This document shows, one piece after another, positions 9,386 to 20,616 of a stretch of 64,000 nucleotides of DNA. This stretch comes from an uncultured Clostridium sp. (lineage in GTDB: Bacteria > Bacillota > Clostridia > TANB77 > CAG-508): contig CANPNZ010000003.1 of NCBI GenBank assembly GCA_947575605.1, positions 41,665 through 105,664 of the forward strand, in the 5' to 3' direction. Numbering within the stretch: position 1 is the stretch's first letter; each line of letters starts with the position of its first letter. Both the position numbers and the translations under genes were made by a program. Below the pieces are notes generated by a model that ran no database searches, was not told the DNA's origin, and saw only the letters and a list, made by a program, of their open reading frames with translations.

Positions 9386-10405
9386 CTACAAATTCTTTCT
9401 TCTTAATTGTCCACAAGCAGCATCAATATCGGAACCTAGCTCACGTCTAATCGTTGCCACAATCCCATGATCATTCAAATAATCTCTAAATCTCATAATA
9501 TTTTCATTGGAACTTTTAACAAATTCACCATTTTCAATCTTATTAATTGGTATTAAATTGACATGGCATAGCATTCCTTTCAAAAGCTTTACTAACTCTT
9601 TGGCATCTTCTAAATTGTCATTATTATCCTTCGCTAACGCATATTCAAAAGATATTCTTCGATTGGTTTTTTCTATATAATCTTGGCAAGCTTGCAACAA
9701 TTCCTCTATGGGATAAGTATGATTAACTGGCATCATACTACTTCTTTTTTGATTATTGGTTGCATGTAAAGAAATCGATAAGGTACATTGGATATTCTCT
9801 TCTGCTAATTGATAGATTTTAGGAACTAATCCGCTGGTTGATACACTAATATGTCTTGCTCCAATATTTAAGCCTTTAGGATGATTTATCATTCGAATGG
9901 CATTTACTACATTATCATAATTATCTAATGGCTCTCCTATTCCCATAAATACTACATTAGATATCCTTTCTCCTGTATCTTGTTCTACTCGTATTATTTG
10001 TTCAACAATTTCACCACTGGTTAAATTTCTAATAAAATTAATTCCCGTAGAAGCACAAAATTTGCATCCCATTTTACAGCCAATTTGAGAAGATACACAA
10101 ATACTATTTCCATGATGATAACGCATCAAAACTGTTTCAATCGCATTGCCATCTAATACATCAAATAAATACTTTATTGTCCCATCTTTGGATTCTTGCT
10201 TTTTTAAAATGTTAAAATGACACATGGTATAGTTTGTTTTTAATTTTTCTCTTAACTCTAATGACAAATTCGTCATTTCGTCAAAAGATTGTACTTTCTC
10301 TTCATATAACCATTGGAATATTTGCTTGGCTCGAAATGGCTTTTCTCCCATTTCTTTTAATTCTTTTTCTAATTCTTCTAAGTTATAATTTTTTATATTT
10401 TTCAT
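9386..10405 (-). CDS. rlmN: 23S rRNA/tRNA (adenine-C2)-methyltransferase RlmN (radical SAM)
   Basis: CKMGCKFCAST radical-SAM cysteine motif, GIGEPLDN; 339 aa. Confidence 0.9.
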   Translation of the reverse strand: MKNIKNYNLEELEKELKEMGEKPFRAKQIFQWLYEEKVQSFDEMTNLSLELREKLKTNYTMCHFNILKKQESKDGTIKYLFDVLDGNAIETVLMRYHHGNSICVSSQIGCKMGCKFCASTGINFIRNLTSGEIVEQIIRVEQDTGERISNVVFMGIGEPLDNYDNVVNAIRMINHPKGLNIGARHISVSTSGLVPKIYQLAEENIQCTLSISLHATNNQKRSSMMPVNHTYPIEELLQACQDYIEKTNRRISFEYALAKDNNDNLEDAKELVKLLKGMLCHVNLIPINKIENGEFVKSSNENIMRFRDYLNDHGIVATIRRELGSDIDAACGQLRRKNL

Positions 10406-10605
10406 AGCTTTCTTAGGTCCTTTCCCATTTCTTTTGGTATGATGATTTGACTACTGTTTTTTGGCCTTTTGGGTTTGATTAAATTCTCTAATCTTCGTAT
10501 CATTTCGTAATCCTTTTGATAGATAACGAAAAAAAGACTTTTTCTGATTTTATCAAATATCGTTTCTTTTTTGATAATAAGACTGGTTTCTACTAGGTTA
10601 CCCAT
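10402..10605 (-). CDS. Small hypothetical protein (67 aa), 4-nt overlap with the rlmN start
   Basis: ORF only. The ATGA-type overlap suggests translational coupling. Confidence 0.35.
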   Translation of the reverse strand: MGNLVETSLIIKKETIFDKIRKSLFFVIYQKDYEMIRRLENLIKPKRPKNSSQIIIPKEMGKDLRKL

Positions 10606-10645
10606 TCCTTTTCTCCTTTTTTTCTTTGATGCTATCTAGCCTTCT

Positions 10646-11209
10646 TTAAAAATGAAACTTTCTAACCATTTCTTCTTTTATCTCTTTAGCACACAATCCC
10701 AAGCAAAGCAAAAAATTCAAGACAGAAACACCACTAGCAATTATGCTTAAGGACTTATCTTGCACAACATGTTCTGTCACCAATATCACTGGTAGCATGC
10801 TAAAAAGTACAATCAATAATTGAAAAATAGCATATTTCATATATCTTTTAAAACTAACAATTGTCAGCACAAGCATTGTCAAATTAGCAATCATAATCAT
10901 AATAGGAATAGCCATACTCAATGACCATCCTTTCATTCCCAATTTATAATCTATATATACAGTCAACACGGAAAGTGCTATTGTTTGTAGCAATACATGA
11001 CCTGCTATATTAACATTTTTCTTAATCGAATACATAACAATAATCCAACTATATAAAACACCTGCATTAGCCAAAGCGGCCCATGGAATAGTAGGAGTTG
11101 TCAATTTATTAATAAGCAATAAGATAAGAGCCATTACCACAGATAAGCCTATCCCTATTTTAATCAATTTATTACTCTTCTTTGCTTTTATTTTCTTTGG
11201 ATATATCAT
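10646..11209 (-). CDS. Multi-pass membrane protein (DUF6320-like)
   Basis: About five hydrophobic helices. It overlaps the stop of the upstream acyltransferase-like gene. Confidence 0.6.
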   Translation of the reverse strand: MIYPKKIKAKKSNKLIKIGIGLSVVMALILLLINKLTTPTIPWAALANAGVLYSWIIVMYSIKKNVNIAGHVLLQTIALSVLTVYIDYKLGMKGWSLSMAIPIMIMIANLTMLVLTIVSFKRYMKYAIFQLLIVLFSMLPVILVTEHVVQDKSLSIIASGVSVLNFLLCLGLCAKEIKEEMVRKFHF

Positions 11210-12503
11210 CTAAAACACCATTACTTTCTATTTGTATTCTAATTCCCTTTTCTTTTAGAAAATCATAAAACCTCTTTTCAATACGATTATCTTGTAAAAT
11301 AGACGTAAAAGTAAAAACCATCTTATTTTCAAACGTACAGCTAGAACACTTTATCTTTTCGACTGGTTCTGGTGCAATTAACATTAAAAAATAATCAATA
11401 TAATCCTTATATTTTCCTATCATACCAACTCTTCCTATATTAGAAAATGTAGTTGTCGTATACTTTCTAATTTCAATATAGCTTAATCGAACAATAGCCT
11501 TTTTTAGCCATAATGGAACTGGTCTAACGAATGGATTATTCCCTATTTTGACATTAGCTGACATCGTTTTCATAATCTCTTCTTCTGTCAATCTTTTACT
11601 AAAATCGCTTTTCACAAAATCCAAAATCTTATCAAAAGTATCTAAATTATCTTTTTTCAGTTCCGCTTCCACCGTAATATACGAAAAGAAATTTGACATC
11701 GTTTTAGAAGGAAAATACTTTTTCAAATTAACTGGAATACATACTTTTACTGGTCTTTTCCCTCTTGCTTTTTTATAATTCTCATGGTAAATACTATCAA
11801 TCAAAACAGCTGTTAAATACTGTGTTATCGTCGCCCCTTGTTTTTTACTCTCTCTTTTTAAATCCTCTAAATCCATTATCTCATGAATAGCACTTACCGC
11901 TCCTAACGGTATCTTTTTCCCCTTCAAAATATAGGCTTTCTTACCAGACGCATTGGACTTTGCCTTTTTATCATAATTCTTCATATAGCTGTCTTCTGAA
12001 TCGTACTCAATCTTGCGAAGTCTTCTTTGTTCTTCCTCCAATATCTCTGGATTTTTTAATTCTAAATATGTATAAATAATCTCCTTAAAAAAAGTCGTTC
12101 CACTATTTCCATCTGTCAGAGAATGGAAAATATCGATATTAACTTTATTCTCAAAATAAGTAACCTTAAACAAATAATAATGATTGCGTCTACCATCAAT
12201 ATATTTACAAGGATAATCTTGTTCCTCCTCTATGATTGGCAACTTATTATTATCTTCCAAATAATACCAAAAAAAACCAGGCTTCATTCTCACTTTAAAA
12301 AACGGATACTTCTCCAAAGTTTGATTTACCGCTTCAGCTAATAACTTAGGATCTACCTTCTCTTTTAACACAGCTGACAAACGAAACACCGTACTATACT
12401 TCTTTCCGGTTGATATAGGAAAAATCTTAGCCGAATTATCCAATCTTCTCCAATGTAATTTACTATCCTTTTTATTCTTCTTACTCTTCCTCTTCATTTT
12501 CAT
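11172..12503 (-). CDS. Condensation-domain / alcohol-acetyltransferase-like acyltransferase
   Basis: DIFHSLTDGNSG is a variant of the HHxxxDG condensation/WS-DGAT catalytic motif; 443 aa. Confidence 0.6.
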   Translation of the reverse strand: MKMKRKSKKNKKDSKLHWRRLDNSAKIFPISTGKKYSTVFRLSAVLKEKVDPKLLAEAVNQTLEKYPFFKVRMKPGFFWYYLEDNNKLPIIEEEQDYPCKYIDGRRNHYYLFKVTYFENKVNIDIFHSLTDGNSGTTFFKEIIYTYLELKNPEILEEEQRRLRKIEYDSEDSYMKNYDKKAKSNASGKKAYILKGKKIPLGAVSAIHEIMDLEDLKRESKKQGATITQYLTAVLIDSIYHENYKKARGKRPVKVCIPVNLKKYFPSKTMSNFFSYITVEAELKKDNLDTFDKILDFVKSDFSKRLTEEEIMKTMSANVKIGNNPFVRPVPLWLKKAIVRLSYIEIRKYTTTTFSNIGRVGMIGKYKDYIDYFLMLIAPEPVEKIKCSSCTFENKMVFTFTSILQDNRIEKRFYDFLKEKGIRIQIESNGVLDDISKENKSKEE

Positions 12504-12522
12504 TCGTTAAAATCCTTTCTTT

Positions 12523-12672
12523 GGCTAGTTTGGTGGCGGCTTTGGGACAGGTACAACCTATCCATTGTGGTGTATGTCTTGGGACAAGCTAGGTTGATTG
12601 TATCCAAAACTATCTCAAAATGGTCAATTGGTGCCTGTCCCAAAGCCGCCCAAAGCCACCACCAAATTAGCC
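12523..12672. repeat. Family-D REP pair in inverted orientation (BIME-like)
   Basis: GGCTAGTTTGGTGGCGGCTTTGGGACAGGTAC ... GGTGCCTGTCCCAAAGCCGCCCAAAGCCACCACCAAATTAGCC. The right end supplies the stop codon of the 12667 gene. Confidence 0.85.
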
Positions 12673-13494
12673 CAAAAAATGAAGGATGTCTTGATATCCT
12701 TGTTTTTCTAGTTCTTGATTACTATTTTTCTCAATGACCCAAATATGCCCTGCTTCTTCATATTGCTTGATTTCTATTTGTTCTCCGACTTCTTGCTCTT
12801 CTGCTTTTTGTTTTAATATGTGTACGTCTGGATTTAAGATGTCATGGGTTCCTGTTAGTATAGTTATATTTTTTAGTTTGGCTAGGTCTCCGTCAATTGG
12901 ATTGACTAAATAGCTGTCTATTCCGTCTTCTCCTGCATAGGCTATTCCTGCTAATTTTAGTGTTTCTTTGTTTAATTGCTTGTCTTTTTTTTGTACTTCG
13001 TCTATTTGTGGATTGGTTAGTCTGACGTCTAACCATGGTGATATTAATATGGTTTTGGCTGGCATGGGTAGATTTTCAGTTCCTACTTTTTGCTCTAATG
13101 CTAAGGCTAACCCTCCTCCTGCTGAGTCTCCCATGATGATTAGCTGGTTTGTGTCTACTTTTTCTATGATTTCTTTATAAAGTGGAACTGTCATTTGAAA
13201 GACGTCTTTGTAATTGTACTTTGGAGTTAGTGGATAGTCTGGTAGGATAACGGTTGCTCCTGTGTCGCTGACAATGTTTTCAATGAAGTCCCAGTGCTGT
13301 TTGGTTGCTTCTGCTACATAGGCTCCTCCATGAAAATATAAAATTTTGATACTGGTTTTGGGTCTGCTTTTAGGCGTTACGATGAATATATTTCTTCCCA
13401 TAAATTTTTCTGTTTGTAATTGACATTTCTCTTTTACTTGCTCTGGTACTTTTGTTTGAATGTCGATTAACCAATAATAGGCAATGATTACCAA
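12667..13494 (-). CDS. Alpha/beta hydrolase (esterase/lipase, HGG/GDSAG type). The probable true start is at 13548, separated by a frame break at 13525.
   Basis: YFHGGAY and GDSAGGG motifs. Upstream, ATG 13548 gives MKIAKIII; skipping one base gives GILLILLAIALVIIAYYW, a signal anchor. Confidence 0.8.
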   Translation of the reverse strand: MVIIAYYWLIDIQTKVPEQVKEKCQLQTEKFMGRNIFIVTPKSRPKTSIKILYFHGGAYVAEATKQHWDFIENIVSDTGATVILPDYPLTPKYNYKDVFQMTVPLYKEIIEKVDTNQLIIMGDSAGGGLALALEQKVGTENLPMPAKTILISPWLDVRLTNPQIDEVQKKDKQLNKETLKLAGIAYAGEDGIDSYLVNPIDGDLAKLKNITILTGTHDILNPDVHILKQKAEEQEVGEQIEIKQYEEAGHIWVIEKNSNQELEKQGYQDILHFLG

Positions 13495-13620
13495 CGCTAT
13501 GGCTAATAGGATTAATAAGATCCCGTATAATGATTTTTGCTATTTTCATTTTTCTTTTTCCTTCTTATTCCTGTTTTTTCCTATTGTATCACAGCTATTT
13601 TGAAAACTCAAGTGATGATA

Positions 13621-13896
13621 TATTCCTTTAAGTTTCGTTTTTTTGCAATGGGTACTTATATATTAAAAAACGGAATTTAAAATGATCTTAGTACCCGACA
13701 CTTTTTTTGAAATGTGTAATAAAATATAAAAATTAGAAAAAAAGCGAATGGAAAGTAATTTTAACTAGAACTTCTTAATTAATTTTATGGAAAATGTTCG
13801 CACTTTATGTGTGAAAGGGTGCCATAAAATTAATTTAGAAGTTATGTGAAAATTAGCTTGACCGAGCATTTTGATAATTTTTATATTTTCTTACAC
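13621..13896. repeat. Family-B nested palindrome, copy B2 (core 13767-13845), preceded by a family-A-like end AAGTTTCG
   Basis: Arms GTGTAATAAAATATAAAAATTA / TAATTTTTATATTTTCTTACAC. Core ATGGAAAATGTTCGCACTTTATGTGTGAAAGGGTGCCAT. Confidence 0.8.
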
Positions 13897-13984
13897 CTAT
13901 AAAATTAAAAACTGTCAGGTAATAAGTAAAATGATATATCTTGAGGTTACAGGAAAGTCGATTTTTCTTATAACAAATAATTAT

Positions 13985-14020
13985 CCCCCAGTATGACAGC
14001 TTTTGCAGCATAACTGGGGG
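13985..14020. repeat. GC-stemmed hairpin downstream of carB (REP-like or terminator)
   Basis: CCCCCAGT-20 nt-ACTGGGGG. Confidence 0.5.
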
Positions 14021-14090
14021 TTACTTTATCTCACTTGTATAGCTCGTTTTACTATCCACCATTAAAGCTTTGCTTGTTACAGTGACAGTC

Positions 14091-17000
14091 TTATTCATCA
14101 ATTGTTGAAATTCCAAGTGTAATCTCTTCTAGTACATCAAGCAATACTCTTACCGTATCAAGAGCCGTAAAAATTGGAATGTTGTTTTCAACCGCACATC
14201 TTCTAATATGGGAACCATCAGTATCTTCACCAATCGAATCAATATTTCTGGTATTAATGACATAATTTACATAGCCTTTTCTCATAGAATCCAGAATTTC
14301 TTCACTACCTTCACTTATCTTCTTTTTGATTCTTGTTCTTATGCCATGTTCTTTTAAGAATTTTGCGGTTCCTTCTGTTGCCTCTATATTAAATCCTAGA
14401 TTATAAAATCTTCTAATCAAGGGAAGTGCTTCTTCTTTGTCTTTATCGGCTATCGTTAAAAAGATCGTTCCATAGTTAGCCAAATGCATGCCAGAAGATT
14501 GCAATGCCTTGTAAAGGGCTCTTGTCAATTTCTTATCATAGCCTATCGCTTCTCCTGTTGATTTCATCTCTGGTGATAAACAAGCATCTAAACCATTTAA
14601 TTTAGAGAAAGAAAAGGCTGGTGCTTTTACATACCATTTTTCTTTTTCTTTTGGATATACCGTCTGTATTCCTTGTTCTTTTAAAGATTTTCCAAGCATA
14701 ACTAAGGTTCCGATATCAGCTAAAGAATATCCTGTTGATTTTGATATAAATGGCACGGTTCGAGAAGATCTCGGATTCACTTCAATCACATACACATCTT
14801 CGTTTTTATCTACAATAAATTGAATATTATATAATCCTACTATTCCAATTCCTAGTCCAAGTTTTACGGTATAATCTAGTATGGTTTGTTTCGCCTTTTC
14901 ACTGACACTAAAAGTTGGATAAATGCTTATGCTATCCCCTGAATGAATCCCTGTTTTTTCAACATGTTCCATAATGCCTGGTACAAATACATCAGTTCCA
15001 TCACAAACCGCATCCACTTCCAATTCTTTTCCTATAATATATTTATCTACTAATACAGGTTGTTTTTTGTTAACTTCCACAGCCGTTTTTAGGTATTTTT
15101 CTAGTGCCTTTTTATTAGATACGATTTGCATCGCTCTTCCTCCTAGCACATAGCTTGGTCTTACTAAAACAGGATACCCAATTTCTTCTGCTACTTTAAT
15201 ACCATCTTCTATATTAGTAACGGCTTCCCCTTTTGGTTGTAGTAATTTTAACTTTTTCATTACTTTTTCAAAAGCATCTCTATTTTCTGCTTTTTCAATA
15301 GCATTTACATCGGTTCCAATTATTTTTACACCTAATTTTGCAAGTGGCTCTGCTAAGTTAATGGCGGTTTGTCCTCCTAACGCTGCAATGACTCCTTCTG
15401 GCTTTTCTAAATCTATAATATTCATAACATCTTCTACGGTTAGTGGTTCAAAATACAATTTGTCACTGGTTGTATAATCTGTTGATACGGTTTCTGGATT
15501 ATTATTGATAATAATCGCCTCATATCCCGCTTCTTTTATGGTTTTAATGGCATGTACAGTGGAATAGTCAAATTCTACTCCTTGCCCAATTCTAATTGGT
15601 CCTGCCCCTAATACAATTATTTTCTTTTTCTTACTAATAATAGATTCATTTTCTTGTTCATAGGTAGAATAAAAATATGGCACATAGCTTTCAAATTCAC
15701 TACTACAAGTATCTATCATTTTATAGACTGGATAGATATTTTCTTTTTTTCTTAGTTGATAAATTTCTTCCTCTGTTTTCTTCCATACTTTAGCAATATA
15801 TTTATCACTAAAACCTAATTTCTTGACTTGTTTTAAAACTTCGATGTCCCCTTTGTTTTCTTGTAATACACTTTCTGCTTTTACTATATTTTTTATTTTA
15901 TCTAAGAAGAACATATCTATTTTAGTAATGTTATAAATAAGTCCCAAATCTACATTTCTTCTCATTAATTCCGCAATGGCATAAAGTCTATCATCAGTTC
16001 CTTCTTTAATATATGTCATTAGTTCTTCTGTTTCTGTCTCATTAAATTTATCCATTTGTATATGGCATACACCTATTTCCAAAGAGCGAATTGCTTTTAA
16101 CAAGCTTTCTTCTAAGGTTCTTCCCACACTCATTACTTCTCCCGTTGCTTTCATTTGCGTACTTAATTTATTAGATGCTAAAGTAAATTTATCAAATGGA
16201 AATCTTGCTACTTTTGATACCACATAGTCTAATGCTGGCTCAAAGCTAGCTGGTGTGTTAGCTAACATGATTTCATCTAATCGCATACCAATAGCTATTT
16301 TAGCAGAAACCCTCGCAATTGGATAACCACTTGCTTTAGAAGCCAAAGCAGAAGAACGTGATACTCTTGGATTTACCTCAATTAGATAATAGTGAAAAGA
16401 ATGAGGATCTAGGGCAAATTGAACATTACATCCACCTTCTATTTTTAAAGCTCTAATAATTTTTAATGCACTATCACGTAATAATTGGTATTCTTTATTA
16501 GTTAAAGTTTGACTTGGTGCTACAACAATAGAATCTCCTGTATGAATTCCTACTGGATCTAAGTTTTCCATATTACATACTGTAATGGCAGTATCATTTT
16601 TGTCCCTTATTACTTCATATTCAATTTCTTTGTAACCTTTAATACTTTTTTCTACTAATACTTGTCCTACTGGTGAAAGTTTCAAAGCATGTTTTATAGT
16701 TTCCGTTAATTCTTCTTCATTATCAGCAAAGCCTCCTCCTGTTCCTCCTAAGGTAAAAGCTGGCCTTAATACGACTGGATACCCTATTTTATTGGCTGCT
16801 TCAATTCCTTCTTGGATAGAAGTTGCTATGATAGATTCTAATACTGGTTCTCCTAAACTTTCACACAATTCTTTGAATTTCTCTCTGTCTTCTGCCTTTT
16901 CGATACTTTCACTGCTGGTTCCTAAAAGCTCTACTTGGCATTCTTGTAAAACTCCCTTTTTATATAGTTGCATCGCGATATTTAAGCCTGTTTGCCCTCC

Positions 17001-17270
17001 TATTCCCGGCAAAATAGCATCTGGTCTTTCATAACGAATGATTTTTGCTACATATTCTATGGTTAATGGCTCCATATATACTTTATCGGCAATGGTAGTG
17101 TCTGTCATAATGGTAGCTGGATTGGAATTGACTAATATTACTTTGTACCCTTCTTCTTTTAAGGCTAGACAGGCTTGTGTTCCTGCATAATCGAATTCTG
17201 CTGCTTGTCCAATTACGATTGGTCCTGAGCCAATTACTAATACAGTTTTTATATCTTTTCTTTTTGGCAT
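14091..17270 (-). CDS. carB: Carbamoyl-phosphate synthase large subunit
   Basis: 1059 aa with duplicated ATP-grasp halves; N-terminus [33 protein letters not shown]. Confidence 0.97.
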   Translation of the reverse strand: MPKRKDIKTVLVIGSGPIVIGQAAEFDYAGTQACLALKEEGYKVILVNSNPATIMTDTTIADKVYMEPLTIEYVAKIIRYERPDAILPGIGGQTGLNIAMQLYKKGVLQECQVELLGTSSESIEKAEDREKFKELCESLGEPVLESIIATSIQEGIEAANKIGYPVVLRPAFTLGGTGGGFADNEEELTETIKHALKLSPVGQVLVEKSIKGYKEIEYEVIRDKNDTAITVCNMENLDPVGIHTGDSIVVAPSQTLTNKEYQLLRDSALKIIRALKIEGGCNVQFALDPHSFHYYLIEVNPRVSRSSALASKASGYPIARVSAKIAIGMRLDEIMLANTPASFEPALDYVVSKVARFPFDKFTLASNKLSTQMKATGEVMSVGRTLEESLLKAIRSLEIGVCHIQMDKFNETETEELMTYIKEGTDDRLYAIAELMRRNVDLGLIYNITKIDMFFLDKIKNIVKAESVLQENKGDIEVLKQVKKLGFSDKYIAKVWKKTEEEIYQLRKKENIYPVYKMIDTCSSEFESYVPYFYSTYEQENESIISKKKKIIVLGAGPIRIGQGVEFDYSTVHAIKTIKEAGYEAIIINNNPETVSTDYTTSDKLYFEPLTVEDVMNIIDLEKPEGVIAALGGQTAINLAEPLAKLGVKIIGTDVNAIEKAENRDAFEKVMKKLKLLQPKGEAVTNIEDGIKVAEEIGYPVLVRPSYVLGGRAMQIVSNKKALEKYLKTAVEVNKKQPVLVDKYIIGKELEVDAVCDGTDVFVPGIMEHVEKTGIHSGDSISIYPTFSVSEKAKQTILDYTVKLGLGIGIVGLYNIQFIVDKNEDVYVIEVNPRSSRTVPFISKSTGYSLADIGTLVMLGKSLKEQGIQTVYPKEKEKWYVKAPAFSFSKLNGLDACLSPEMKSTGEAIGYDKKLTRALYKALQSSGMHLANYGTIFLTIADKDKEEALPLIRRFYNLGFNIEATEGTAKFLKEHGIRTRIKKKISEGSEEILDSMRKGYVNYVINTRNIDSIGEDTDGSHIRRCAVENNIPIFTALDTVRVLLDVLEEITLGISTIDE

Positions 17271-17324
17271 ATTTAAACTCTCCTTATTTAATATTTATTT
17301 TATTAACTAAACCTATGTTAAATT

Positions 17325-18404
17325 TTAATTATTTAGTAGATTAATAAACCTATCAAACAAATACCCACTATCTTGTGGACCTGGTGCACTTTCTGGATGG
17401 TATTGTACACTAAATACTTTATCTTTTTTACATTCTACTCCTTCTATCGTATCATCTAAAATATTTTTATGTGTCACCGTTAAATCTGTTTTTTGCAATG
17501 ATTTTTCATCTACGGCATAGCTATGATTTTGGCTCGTAATTTCTATTTTATCTGTCGCTAAATTCAATACTGGATGATTTCCACCTCTATGTCCAAATTT
17601 CAATTTATACGTTTTGGCTCCATAAGCTAGACTTATCATTTGATGACCTAAACAAATTCCAAATATCGGATATTTCCCCTTTAACTCTTTTACTAACTTT
17701 ATTACTTCTTTTACATCTTCTGGGTCGCCTGGTCCATTCGATAAAAATATGCCATCTGGTTTTAAATCTATAATTTCTTTAGCAGTGGTATTGTAAGGAA
17801 CAACGGTTACATTACAACCTCTTTTGTTTAGACTTCTTACGATATTTAATTTGATACCACAGTCAATGGCAACAATGTGATAGTTTGGATTGGCTGTTCT
17901 GGAATACCATTTCTTCTTACAACTTACTTTTGCTACCGCATCTTTTGGTATCTCTGTTTCTTTTAGTTTTTTTAATGCTTGTTGTTTACTGGTATTGCTA
18001 TCTGTGATAATTACTTTTCTACTTCCCTTTTCTCGAATACTTCTTGTTAGTTTTCTTGTATCAATCCCTGCAATTCCTGGTATATCATTTTCTTCTAAGT
18101 ATTCTGATAATGTTTTGGTATACCTAAAGTTACTTGGCAGGTCATTATATTCTCTTACAATCATTCCTCCTATGGTTGGTTGCTTGGTTTCGTAGTCATC
18201 ATCCGTTATTCCATAGTTTCCTATTAGTGGATATGTCATCACTACCATTTGATAGGTATATGATGGATCTGATACAATTTCTTGGTAACCTACCATAGAT
18301 GTATTAAATACTATTTCACATATGGCTTCTTTGTCCGCTCCAAATCCATATCCATAGTATTCTTCTCCACCTTCTAATACGATTTTTTTGTCAAATTCTT
18401 TCAT
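17325..18404 (-). CDS. carA: Carbamoyl-phosphate synthase small (glutaminase) subunit
   Basis: GICLGHQ catalytic Cys motif and HPE near the C-terminus. GGAGGG lies 7 nt before the ATG at 18404. Confidence 0.95.
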   Translation of the reverse strand: MKEFDKKIVLEGGEEYYGYGFGADKEAICEIVFNTSMVGYQEIVSDPSYTYQMVVMTYPLIGNYGITDDDYETKQPTIGGMIVREYNDLPSNFRYTKTLSEYLEENDIPGIAGIDTRKLTRSIREKGSRKVIITDSNTSKQQALKKLKETEIPKDAVAKVSCKKKWYSRTANPNYHIVAIDCGIKLNIVRSLNKRGCNVTVVPYNTTAKEIIDLKPDGIFLSNGPGDPEDVKEVIKLVKELKGKYPIFGICLGHQMISLAYGAKTYKLKFGHRGGNHPVLNLATDKIEITSQNHSYAVDEKSLQKTDLTVTHKNILDDTIEGVECKKDKVFSVQYHPESAPGPQDSGYLFDRFINLLNN

Positions 18405-18445
18405 TATGTATCCCTCCATTTTTTCTTTATTTTCTAACTTTTCTC

Positions 18446-18478
18446 CAAAAAAAAATAAGGAAACTTCTCCTTATTTAA
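18446..18478 (-). terminator. Leader terminator/attenuator just upstream of carA
   Basis: Minus strand: AATAAGGAGAAGTTTCCTTATT followed by T9, about 40 nt before the carA start. Confidence 0.6.
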
Positions 18479-18558
18479 AATGTAAGCAAAAATAAAACAA
18501 CGATTAAGAAAACTTTTAGTTTTGCTATTACGTTTTCTTGTTTTAGCTCGTTTTTCAT
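18475..18558 (-). CDS. Possible 27-aa leader peptide in the carAB leader
   Basis: GGGAGTAGGGAAA-ATG; peptide MKNELKQENVIAKLKVFLIVVLFLLTF. Its stop codon touches the 5-prime arm of the leader terminator. Confidence 0.2.
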   Translation of the reverse strand: MKNELKQENVIAKLKVFLIVVLFLLTF

Positions 18559-18625
18559 TTTCCCTACTCCCTTCTTTTTTATTACTTTTATGTTCGATTG
18601 TTTTTTCCTCTTTCTTGTTTTTAAT

Positions 18626-18655
18626 ATTATAACAAATTTCGATTATAAATTGCAA
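18626..18655 (-). promoter_or_regulatory. Sigma-A-like promoter for carAB
   Basis: TTGCAA - 18 nt - TATAAT on the minus strand. Confidence 0.45.
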
Positions 18656-18735
18656 GCGTTTTTTGACATTTTCAAGTATATTATTGCTTATTTATTAAAA
18701 TTATTGTGAAAAAAATTGCTAATAAATATTTAAAG

Positions 18736-18768
18736 AAACCAACAGCAATATAACACACTGTTGGCTTC
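18736..18768 (-). terminator. Rho-independent terminator after the 127-aa gene
   Basis: AAGCCAACAG-12 nt-CTGTTGGTTT followed by CTTT. Confidence 0.6.
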
Positions 18769-18802
18769 TGCTCTCTCTCCACTGATTATTGTTGCTTATA
18801 TC

Positions 18803-19186
18803 CTACATCGTTATAATTTCCTCAATTTTAGCCTCTTTTAAATCATACATATCCATATGATCTCCAATTTTAACAGCCAGTTCTTCACCCTTTTCTTTGG
18901 CCAATACAATAATGCTAGTATAGTATTTAAAAATCTTATCATCATCCAATTTGGAATGCATAAAATAAAAAATTGTTTCATAGAAACACTCTACTATTGG
19001 AATTTCATCCACTTGTAATTCTAATTCTCTGTCATCACAAAACTCATTTAGTGTTGAAAAATCCAGTTCTTCGGCTACTTGTTTCAGCTCATCAACCCGG
19101 CCATGCTTCATTAAATCTTCAACATGTTTTTCTTTGAGCTTTTTAATCTGAATTCTTAAAAACTCTAATATTTTTTCTCTATCCAT
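18803..19186 (-). CDS. Hypothetical acidic protein (127 aa)
   Basis: ORF only. It contains one in-frame CGG (19097-19099). Confidence 0.5.
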   Translation of the reverse strand: MDREKILEFLRIQIKKLKEKHVEDLMKHGRVDELKQVAEELDFSTLNEFCDDRELELQVDEIPIVECFYETIFYFMHSKLDDDKIFKYYTSIIVLAKEKGEELAVKIGDHMDMYDLKEAKIEEIITM

Positions 19187-19368
19187 GACATTTTCCTCGT
19201 CTGCTTTTATTTAAATTAGTTGTTTTAGAAATACGAGAGAGCTTTCAACTAATCTATGTAAATATAATACCATTGTTTTTTATTTATGTCAATTGACTTA
19301 TTTAAGTTAAACCTATCATGACTATCTTCTACGGATAGCTTCTCCTTTTAATGAAACTGGCTAGAATA

Positions 19369-19413
19369 TAAAAAAAGTTAAGACTTTTTCCCTCGCATAC
19401 GAAAAATCTTAAC
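19369..19413 (-). terminator. Terminator downstream of gap
   Basis: GTTAAGA ... TCTTAAC stem followed by T-run on the minus strand. The loop is long. Confidence 0.4.
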
Positions 19414-19439
19414 TTTTATTTTAGCACTCCTATTAAAAA

Positions 19440-20468
<1,029 letters not shown>

Positions 20469-20553
20469 TTACCTTTAATCGTAATCATAAAAATAAAGCA
20501 TTTTTGGCATCTATTCTTTAATATAGTATTACCTAAATTTCTCAGGCAATTCA

Positions 20554-20582
20554 ATTCTATACCAAAAAACAATACTTTGCAA
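20554..20582 (-). promoter_or_regulatory. Sigma-A-like promoter for gap
   Basis: TTGCAA - 17 nt - TAGAAT on the minus strand. Confidence 0.4.
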
Positions 20583-20616
20583 GTATTTTTTTATTTTTAA
20601 ATGGTAGAGATTTAGT

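Noticed and set aside
18434-18655. A 73-aa minus-strand ORF in the carA upstream region.
   Set aside because: It spans the predicted promoter, leader and terminator. It is K/N-rich and has no RBS. A leader with a short ORF explains the region better.
18769-18795. A PyrR-binding site (GTGGAGAGAGAGCAG resembles ARUCCAGAGAGGYU).
   Set aside because: It differs at the key CC positions. It also lies upstream of the predicted carAB promoter, right after the stop of the previous gene.
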